Shown here: positions 51,951 through 62,000 of the stretch, piece by piece
Layout: each line of letters begins with the position of its first letter
Position numbering within the stretch: position 1 is the first letter of the stretch
Assembly (NCBI GenBank): GCA_951406725.2
Contig: OX597825.1
Span: 14,962,001 to 15,024,000 of the forward strand
Length of the DNA: 62,000 bases
Reading direction: 5' to 3'
From: Octopus vulgaris
Taxonomy: Eukaryota
Program-made: the position numbers and the translations under genes
Notes under the pieces: generated by a model
What the model saw: only the letters and a program-made list of their open reading frames with translations
What the model was told of the DNA's origin: nothing
Database searches by the model: none

Positions 51951-53930
51951 TCATTAACATCTTCTTTCAGTTCTGTTTCCATCCCTCGCCGAGTGTCTTC
52001 CTGACACCTAAGACATAGAAACGTACTGTTTACATTGGTAGGCCATTAAAACAAAGGCCCGAGATTGTCCAATTACTAAGTCATGTGATTGAGAAAAGGG
52101 CGAAGACAGAGAGAAAAAGGAAAAAAATATAATATAGAAAAGCAAACGAATAAAATAAAGGGAGAAAGGAAAGAAAATTCACAGCGACAATGCTCTTCTG
52201 AATATGTGTGGCGTACTAGTTAAGAAAATCTTTTGCACTTCCTGCATAGATGGTAAGCCAGAGATCATTTTAAAATAATTTTCAATTCCTTTTATCATTT
52301 CAAGTGCTCCTATAATCACTGGTATTGTACACGTCTTGAGATGCCACATCTTTTCGATTTCGAATAGCAAATCTTTGTATTTTCTGAGCTTATCTGAGCT
52401 TATGAAATTCTTGTGCCGAGATAGTATGGTTACAGGGTACGCTAATGTCAAACAAGAAACCGACTTTACTGTTTTCGTCTTTCACGACAAAATCCGGTTT
52501 ACTCTTACTCTTTTACTCTTTTACTTGTTTCAGTCATTTGACTGCGGCCATGCTGGAGCACCGCCTTTAGTCGAGCAAATCGACCCCGGGACTTCTTCTT
52601 TGTCAGGCCAGTACTTATTCTATCGGTCTCTTTTGCCGAACCGCTAAGTGACGGGGACGTAAACACACCAGCATCGGTTGTCAAGCAATGCTAGGGGGAC
52701 AAACACAGACACACAAACACACAGACATATATATATACATATATACGACAGGCTTCTTTCAGTTTCCGTCTACCAAATCCACTCACAAGGCATTGGTCGG
52801 CCCGGGGCTATAGCAGAAGACACTTGCCCAAGTTGCCACGCAGTGGGACTGAACCCGGAACCATGTGGTTGGTTAGCAAGCTACTTACCACACAGCCACT
52901 CCTGCGCCTATATGTTTGTTTATTTTGATGGGAGATCTGTACATTCTGGGTAGTCCCAAACAACAGTTACATTCTCTCCCTTAGTTACGGCCTCAGGGTG
53001 GTGCTTGTACCATTTGTCAGCAGTTTTCATTTTATAATGCCGACACATTATCCAGTGTAGATATTGACCAACTCACTCATGTCTTTCTTTGTATTCTACA
53101 GGTGTTAAAATCTTAGATTAGACTATTTCTATCTAATCGCTGCAGTATCGGCACTTTGGGTCTACACCAGTTTTCATCGCATTGGTTTGATAGTTCCTGC
53201 TCAATAAGCTCTGATCTTAGGCAGCCAAGATAAAGCCTTCACTCTCTGCCTTTAGTTCTGATCTCCATAGTCACTAATGAGTGTGCTTCTGGTCTAGATC
53301 AGATTGTTTGGTACGGGCCACATATTTGATATGAAGAGGTGGTTTTTGTTCCCACCTATTGGCCAAATGTTCAAGCGCATTTTCCTTTACTATTGATTTC
53401 ACCTTCTTTGCAACTACAGTTGCTACGCTTCCCTCATGCTGTTCGACCTGGGTATTATGCATAAACTCACTTCAAAAAATTTTGCCCTCCTTCATATCAG
53501 ATTGAAGCTTCTTACGCCTTTCATGGTTTTCAACGAGGTTTAGTATCCAGTCGTTAGATGTTTCAAGATAGTTTGTCAGTTCAATTGTGGTAGTTTTTAG
53601 GAGATTTCAAATTAGATCACACCTAGATCTCCTTGAGCTGTGGTAGTTAAAGACGATCTGTGTCTGCCTTTGGGTGGTGCATCATATTGCAAGTCAGCAG
53701 CTTACGGGTTTTTCTGTCAATCTTCTTTATTTTGCTCATATTTTAGTTCAACACATGGAAACTGTAAATAACAACCGGATCTGCTAAGGAAATTTGGTAC
53801 CCTATCATTATCAGGATATTTCCACATATGATCATTTGTGGGTGTTATTCTTTGGTCTGCTATTGTGAAGCAGCAGTCTTCTCATCCTTATCATACTCTA
53901 CCGTTACACGCATTTTCTAATCGGACGAAA
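51951..53930 (-). mobile_element. 5'-truncated RLE-type LINE (R4/Dong/HERO-like): RT C-terminus, zinc knuckle, PD-(D/E)xK endonuclease, (TAA)n tail; interrupted by SINE A
   Basis: Minus-strand frames give NSLADPVVIYSF, IDRKTRKLLTCNMMHHPKADTDR, WEQKPPLH, ELKAESEGFILAA*DQSL, GVDPKCRYC, VGQYLHW, KPDFVVKDENSKVGFLFDISVP, KLRKYKDLLFEIEKMWHLKTCTIPVIIGAL, HIFRRALSL*. Confidence 0.92.
52501..52909 (-). mobile_element. SINE family A, full length, inserted in the LINE
   Basis: Splits the LINE motif IKINK / KPD. Confidence 0.93.
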
Positions 53931-54267
53931 CCGTGCTTCCCATTTGATGATCACCAGTAGTCGAGGGTGAGAACCATTTTCCCTTGTTCAGCTAAGCTTG
54001 GCGTATGTTCATACTTTGTATGGAAGACGTTCCTCATATCATTTGCTGATCAAACTAAACGCTTCTTTTTTACCTTACATTCATACGTTCAGATTAATGT
54101 TTCCAAATTTTACCTCTGATATTGATCGTCAAAAATTTCCTAAAATCTTCAGGGTAATTAGATCTTTAGAGTACGGACTTTCTTTATTGTACTACTACTA
54201 CTACTACTAATACTAATACTACTACTAATACTAATACTACTACTACTACTAATGCTGCTGCTGCTGT

Positions 54268-54452
54268 TTTTGTTGTTAATCAACAAGAAGGGAAAGGGTG
54301 ATTAGGTGATGGTCCAGGGCTTAGGGGTGGGAGACCCCAGACCTTGGAAAAAAAACCTTTGGTCGTCTTGTTGTAGTCGAGGGTTTTTCGTTGACACCCT
54401 ACACCACTGGGAGGTGGCCCTCGAAGTCGCTGGAAATGGAGATCTCCAGGTC
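54268..54452 (-). mobile_element. Repeat family E, copy 2
   Basis: Reverse-complement homology to 33443-33632, with an (AAC)n-like tail. Confidence 0.75.
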
Positions 54453-54477
54453 CAAAGTCTTCAACGGCTGCCGTTAA

Positions 54478-54538
<61 letters not shown>

Positions 54539-54592
54539 ACTGCTACTGTTACTACTAGTGTTACTGCTACTGCTGCTGCTGCTGCTGCTACT
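54478..54592. repeat. (CTA)n(CTG)n microsatellite
   Basis: Read directly. A similar tract lies at 54190-54266. Confidence 0.93.
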
Positions 54593-55217
54593 TAGGTAGA
54601 GGCCTTGGAATATCTCAAGAACGTCGGAGAAATACTTTCTTTCTACTTCATAATTTCTGACTTCACAAACCACTGGAGTCAACTCTACTCTTCTATTCTT
54701 CACTCCATGATCGATATAATAGATTACAAATGAAGACACGAGGCCAATGGTAGCGACTAAACCCCTGTTCTCAAAATCGCTGGTCTTCTGCCCCAATTAT
54801 CATCATCGGAATCTTCATAATTAATATCACTTTTATTATAGAACACATTGTAAGAATTAATTATTTCGTCACATCAACCCCGACTCTTGTGTACGATACT
54901 CACTTGTAACTAAACCGTGATTTATAATTCAAGTTTAGTTTTGCTGTTCACAGCTTTTTAATCAATATTCTTGAGTCATGATGCTAATCTTACCTACAGG
55001 AACCAAACCGAAATAGAATTTATTTATTCCTATCAGATTTATATATTTCGGATATTAGTAGCAGCCTAGGGAATGTTTAGTATTGTATGTAACACGTTAC
55101 ACAAGTTTATTGATGCAGACAAGACAAGAAAGAAAATATTGTGTAAAATTGCACATCGTAGTAGAAATAATAGATTATACGTCACGAAAAACACGACTTT
55201 CATTAAAATGTATGACT

Positions 55218-55552
55218 TTATACGGTAAGGAAGACTTGGGTACTATAGGCCTGAATGTGAATCAAAGGTCCCCACGAGTCGAATTCACAATATTTACGGG
55301 ATATTATACGGTAAGGAAGACTGGGGTACTATAAGCCTGGTACTTATAGTACTGGGGTACTATAAGCCTGGTACTTACAGTACTGGGGTACTATAAGCCT
55401 GAATGTGAATCAAAAGTTCCCACGAGTCGAAATCACAATATTTACGGGAAATTTACGGGAGATTATACGGTAAGGAAGACTGGGGTACTATAAGCCTGAA
55501 TGTGAATCAAAGGTCCCCACGAGTCGAATTCACAATATTTACGGGAGATTAT
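55218..55552. repeat. Minisatellite: three ~86-bp units, the middle one expanded by two 31-bp hairpin sub-repeats
   Basis: TTATACGGTAAGGAAGAC starts at 55218, 55304 and 55463. The 31-mer CTGGGGTACTATAAGCCTGGTACTTAYAGTA starts at 55321 and 55352. Confidence 0.93.
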
Positions 55553-55797
55553 GTTGCTTCACAGTCCTAGGATCAAATTATGAAGTTCATGGACTTATCA
55601 TTAGTACCATAGCCAATGGCGATAATCAGGTGTTGCCATCCCTGCAACAGCGTAACTAATATATCTCGACTATCAAATCTTTGTCGTCCAAACCTCTTGA
55701 AGCTCTCTTAGTATTTATTCGTATTTCCTCCAGGTCTTTTCCTTTTTTTTTTTTTTTGCTCGCTGACACAGAAAATATAATTATTATTAGCATTACC

Positions 55798-55993
55798 AAA
55801 GCAGCAAGCGAGCAGAATTATTGGCACGCCGTACAAAACATTTATCAGTATTTCGTCCGTTATGTATACAAATTCCGACGACATCAACTTAGCTTTTATC
55901 CTCTCAGTGTCTATAAACTAAGTAGCAGTCAAGTACTGGGGTTGATATAATCGACTTACACTATCACCTGTAATTGCCGGCATTGTGCCAAAG
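55798..55993 (+). mobile_element. Degenerate B' SINE
   Basis: GTATTTCGTCCG, CAAATTCCGACGAC, AAGTACTGGGGTTGATATAATCGAC, GGCATTGTGCCAAA. Confidence 0.7.
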
Positions 55994-56004
55994 CAAAGCT
56001 GGAA

Positions 56005-56054
<50 letters not shown>

Positions 56055-56368
56055 CACTATTACTATACTACTACTACTACATCTAATACCACCACAACAC
56101 TACTACTACTACTACTACAATAACAATGATAGCAAGAATATCTAGGAAAGGGAAGACGAATTTGACATAGGAAAGAAAAACACCACTCACAAATCAACAA
56201 CGTCATACCAGATCATTAATAATATCTCTTGTACCATCCCATAAGCCATCATTACAAGCATATCCCAGGTCACACACACGACCCTTACATCTCATATCCC
56301 AATACCGGGAAAATTTACTCATCATTAACTACGCAGCAATAAAGACTAAATAGAGAGAACTTATTCAA

Positions 56369-56411
<43 letters not shown>

Positions 56412-56687
56412 ATACAGGCGTCTCACACACGCAGACACGAAGAAATAACATACCAACACACATAAACTCATCTTAACAACAAAAGACACATCGCCATTAA
56501 ATTTACATACCATGAAGGAATCGGGTCTTTCAGCAGAAATATTAGCAGACTATGAAAAACCGTTCGCGGGATCATCCACATACAACCATGGGCACAAACC
56601 AACCATCCCCACCCGCTCCACAAATTCACTGTTAGCAACCTACTCACAGGCAGGCAAATGGAGTGACAGATACAGAGACAGATAGAC

Positions 56688-56693
56688 AGATAT

Positions 56694-56771
<78 letters not shown>
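56688..56771. repeat. (GATA)n
   Basis: Read directly. Confidence 0.96.
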
Positions 56772-57992
56772 CATCTTTCTCGTTAATATTCCCACATTAG
56801 GAATTTGGTAATGTTATGACTTCTACATTTGTTTCTAAAATTTTATTGCTTATTTTATTCAGATTCATAACAAAAAAGTTAATAATCAAGATATTTTGCA
56901 GGATATTTCGAACCATTTCCATCATACTGTGAACATGAATTTTCAGCAAATCTGACATTTGTAATTTGGGTGCTTCTTTCCAAACTACAAGAAATAAAAC
57001 ATCCTTGAAAGGAAATTTGACTTAATGATCTGCTATGAATTTTCAATGTGACTTCAATTACGGCAGATGTCGATGTCAAAATAATATCCGGAATTAATGG
57101 CGTTGGTGAAACCCTTTGACTAATCTTGCAGAAGGAGATGCATCATTATCACGTTCATTGATATTTCGGCATTATGCGATTGAGGGCCTGATATGTAAAG
57201 GGACTGAGGTCCTTTTATAAAAGGCCCTCCTCTATAATATTATGTAATGATATTTGCTATGCGGTGACATTTATTATGCAGTTGCATAAAAACCCACACA
57301 TCCAGATTCACTTGTCAGTTGCTGTCAACTTTCTATATCTCTTTAAATTGATTTTCGAAGATATATGCAATGTCCATCTTATTACCTTCATTCTCTTACT
57401 AAAAGAGATATTTAAGATTGATATTTTAAAGGCACTGCAAGTTCATCTTAATTTCATGATTTAAATATATCAGAAAATGAATTGAGTATCAAAATACTTT
57501 TTGAAACTTGACACATAAAGATCTTCACTTTTACACATGCATTCATGTTTTTTTTGTTTACTCAATCTGAAAATATATATAATTTTTTCCCATTGATTAC
57601 GTGAACATGTGAGGCAAATGAAGCATTAGTTTATGATAATGCTTTTTCTCTAACTAGTATTTAATTTCAGAACGAGACGTATTCAGTTCTCCGTTTTATT
57701 ACGCATTTTCAACTTGATTTATTCCCTTAAGTGTCATAAAAAGAGGTGCGTCATATTCATTTCATGCAGAGGTCATCTGAGTACTCACAAAAATTTGAGC
57801 CATCAAACAAGGCAATTCATTGCATCATGCCGCGCATCACTTCGTCGAGGTTAAAGTGTCCATGTATTTATAATGACAACATTCCATTCTATCTTACTTT
57901 AGTACATCTTTTTTTTTATCTCTCTCTCTCTCACACACACACACACACGCACACACACAAACACAGACACACACACACACCTACACACACCT

Positions 57993-58028
<36 letters not shown>

Positions 58029-58316
58029 CGATACCGGCACCAAGTTGACCATCAATACTTGTCCAGATCTAGTTGAGGCAAGACGTTATTATTGTAGTAG
58101 TTATTATTGTAGTACTACTGTAGTAGTTTTGTGACTATTCGGTGGCACATAAGCATTTTTCATTTCTCTTTTTAGCAATGTAGGTGCTCATGTAGTGCCC
58201 TTGTGAATGTCTGTGAATATCTAATTCTGTATGTATATATTTCACTAATTTGCCTCAACGGCTGATAATTCGCTTGCCACTCGTGACAGTATTTAGATAG
58301 TGTCATCCCTATATTG

Positions 58317-58347
<31 letters not shown>

Positions 58348-58406
58348 GGGGATGATCCGGTCCTTGACTGATGTTTTTTGCATCGTCTTCTAAATGTTTT
58401 GTCTTT

Positions 58407-58452
<46 letters not shown>

Positions 58453-58574
58453 TGAGGAAGAATGTGATATCTCATTCGTCTGTTTGAATTCGGAAGTACT
58501 GGTCTTTGAATATATGCTATTCGATGGCGTTTCGTCGAGCACGTATGTTAATTATCAGTGTTCTCAAAATATAT

Positions 58575-58691
58575 ACAAGGAACTTCTTTCAGTTTCCGTC
58601 TAACAAATACCCTCACAATGCTTTGGTGAGCCTGAACCCGGAACAATGTGGTAAGGAAGCAAGCTTCTTATCACATAGCCACGCCTGCGCC
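58575..58691 (-). mobile_element. Deleted SINE family A head
   Basis: CTTCTTTCAGTTTCCGTCT, CTGAACCCGGAAC, CACATAGCCACGCCTGCGCC. Confidence 0.75.
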
Positions 58692-59453
58692 CATAGTCTG
58701 TTGGTTTAATTTACAAAAGTTGAGTGCCTTTAATCTCTTACTTCACTATAACATACAATTTATGCTAAATTTGATGAAGGTTCTAAAAAAAGAAACAAGG
58801 CTTTTATTTCTGCAACAACAGAAGGTACTTTATTACACTCACCGAATTACTTGCAATGCATAGAGGTTTGTATCTTAAAGGCATATGCATGAGAGAATTT
58901 CTAAGGACCAAGTGAGCCTGAACCAACACTTATTCATAATTTAATATACATTTTATCGTAGACATATTTGATCTTATTTATGAGCACATAGATTGCTTTT
59001 ACACTGGATATACAAGGAGAAACTGAGCAAATTAAATACTATGAAGGTTGGCACTTGGAAAATTACATAGAAAAGAAGCGGAATCAATCGATGGCGCTAG
59101 TTTTCCTTTGGGTAATTTTCGAAGGAGTGTGGCGATTGGTTGTTTAGCTTAAGGTCACAGGCTTTGATCAACTTCGTTTCTAATCAAATCATTCTGTGCT
59201 CACCCATCCCGTATATCCATCACACGTACTCAATCCAGTCTGATTATTCGAAAGCATCGTTCCACGTATTAAATTTGTAGAAACGTAGATATACATAAAC
59301 ATGAGTGTAGGTACATATATACACATAGACACATAGAGACGCAGACATACACAATCGCAGACACACACACATACATATATGTATATACATATATATAAAC
59401 ACACACACATATATAAATATAATATATAGATAGAAATATATTCATATATATAA

Positions 59454-59491
<38 letters not shown>

Positions 59492-59600
59492 CAAACAAAC
59501 GTTTATATATATGTATATATATATATATATATATATAAATATATATACATTATATTTGCATATATTTATACACAGACATACACGCATACACACACACACA

Positions 59601-59910
<310 letters not shown>

Positions 59911-60486
59911 ATGTGTGAGTGTATCTTTGTTATGTATATATTTGTACGTATGTTATGCACAATAGGATTTGGATGTTGAAAACACGGGGAATTATTCCCG
60001 CGTAATTTTTGCACAGCCTTGTGGTTTGTGCTTCACTATCCTTGAGTAAGAACTGGCATCCATAATTTCATTGTTGAGAAATCGCTGGAGACTGAAGCAC
60101 ACACTTTATCATGGCATCAGGTATAAATCCTTTTAGGCTGCTTTTGCCGTTACTAATTAAATGCTACGTCTTCATCGACCACACCAAAATGTCAAAAGCT
60201 GTTGATTCCGAAGATTGAAAATGTTTCTCTCTGGAGACTTGTTTTTGATTGATTGAATGTCAGACGTTATAATGAACCGCAGCGTGTTTGTTCCCGACCA
60301 GTCTTTGGACACTTGTTTGCCAAATATTTGTGATAGCATATGGGGCCCTTTCACGTCGTGATGTAATGTATATGTAAAGTATACTCATTAGTATGTCCTT
60401 CTTATTTGCCCTTTCACGTTTTGTTTTCGTTTCTCTCTCTCTTTTACTCTCTCTTTCTCTCTCACTCACTCTGTATTTCTCTCTCT

Positions 60487-60558
<72 letters not shown>

Positions 60559-60602
60559 TAGTCTCTAAAACACGCACTTTAAAGCATTCCTCTAAATATA
60601 TG

Positions 60603-60643
<41 letters not shown>

Positions 60644-60771
60644 CATCATCGTCGATCCATCTGCTTCTTTTCCGCTGGGAAACACTTCTAATGATTCGTT
60701 ATCATTGTTCTTATTGTTTAACCCGGATCAGCTCTGAGTGAGCAGGTTTATGGTCTTACACAGTCAAGCCT

Positions 60772-60941
60772 AGGCGCAGCCGTAGCTGTGTGTGTTAATA
60801 AGTTTGCTTCCAAACAACATGGTTCTGGGTTCATACCGACTAAGTGGCACCTTCGAAGAGGGCCTTCTACTATAGACGTGGGACGGTCAAAGCCTTGTAT
60901 GTGGACTTGTTGGACGGAAACTGAAAGAAGCCCGTTGTGTA
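60772..60941 (+). mobile_element. Degenerate SINE family A head
   Basis: AGGCGCAG, CATGGTTCTGGGTTCA, GACGGAAACTGAAAGAAGCCCG. Confidence 0.75.
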
Positions 60942-61187
60942 CATAAATACATGCATATAACGTTGCGTGGACAGGAGAAGCTGGTATGCATTTCGGCGCT
61001 TATAAGATCACAGATGTTTTTCTAATATGTATAAACTATTTAATCTATACAATATATTTAATCTGCCGCATACACTTACACGTTTTTGATCGATACTCGG
61101 CTACTGTGAAATTTTTACTCAATGTGTGTATACCCACACACAACACACACACATAAGCACACATACGCACACGGACACACACTCATG

Positions 61188-61227
<40 letters not shown>

Positions 61228-61294
61228 CCGACACAAACGTAGATAGAGATAGATAGACAGACACAGAGATAGATAAATAGATAGATAGATAGAC

Positions 61295-61361
<67 letters not shown>

Positions 61362-61410
61362 CAGACACAAACGCAGATAGAGATAGATAGACAGACACAG
61401 AGATAGATAA

Positions 61411-61481
<71 letters not shown>
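61188..61481. repeat. (GATA)n array with a duplicated variant block
   Basis: GACACAAACGYAGATAGAGATAGATAGACAGACACAGAGATAGATAAATAG occurs twice, about 135 bp apart. Confidence 0.93.
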
Positions 61482-61624
61482 TTCCAGCGTTCATGAAATT
61501 ATTATTATAAGCCCCATCAAGGGGCAGGGTAGTATGAACTCCAAGTATTGCAATGTTCATTCTTCTGAACTTTTCCAAATGTTCAAGAGATATATTTGTT
61601 CGTGTTATTGTATTTTTAAAATAA

Positions 61625-61682
<58 letters not shown>

Positions 61683-62000
61683 ATTATTATTTTGTCTTGG
61701 TATAATTCAAGGAATTTCGTCATTCTAACCGAGAACATTCCATACTGAGAATGTCAGATGCATATTTGTGTGTGTGTGTGTTATGTGTGTGTATATGTGT
61801 GCGTGTGCGAGCGCTCATTCTGCGTATACATAGGGAGAGTGTGTTTGTGTGCCTATTCGACCGGTTAGAGAGTTGCACTCATTACTGCGACATCGTTGGC
61901 TTCAGTTCCAGTATTCGGAGATGGTTGTGAGTAAAACGCCTCGGGTCACGTTGCTCCGCGATCACCTCGACCCATGTCATATGGTACACCGTACAGTTTT

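Noticed and set aside
54596-54796. Protein-like text on both strands (VEALEYLKNVGEILSFY; RRVELTPVVCEVRNYEVERKY)
   Set aside because: Short, with no usable splice or start context. The faint VELT..ERK resemblance to RLE domains is not convincing.
55218-55552. CRISPR-like appearance
   Set aside because: Units are contiguous tandem copies with no unique spacers, there are no cas genes, and the context is eukaryotic.
56928-56984. 57-bp phase 1-1 minus-strand exon candidate (WKEAPKLQMSDLLKIHVH)
   Set aside because: The donor is only moderate, no homology was recognised, and similar candidates occur on both strands at chance frequency.

Overview
AT-rich, microsatellite-saturated eukaryotic non-coding DNA (intergenic or one large intron). 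The SINE families and simple-repeat density look like an Octopus (coleoid cephalopod) genome; this is recalled, not verified. No intact protein-coding gene, tRNA, rRNA or CRISPR array is supported, and nearly all listed ORFs are microsatellite or SINE read-throughs. What is supported: about 30 copies of four tRNA-derived SINE families (labelled A-D here), two restriction-like-endonuclease LINE remnants (R4/Dong/HERO type) ending in (TAA)n, Penelope-like element (PLE) remnants including a GIY-YIG domain, a deleted mariner with TIRs and TA TSD, MITE-like elements, several 150-350 bp fold-back repeats, and an 86-bp minisatellite. The best lead is three unrelated families of minimal type-I hammerhead-ribozyme-like motifs. 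Two of them carry the same non-canonical core change in both copies (U4C; A6U), and one pair forms an inverted repeat. Also notable: family-B SINE multimers that restart at the same internal base four times, and a SINE with a family-D head and family-C tail. All family assignments come from reading the sequence and from memory; no database search was run.
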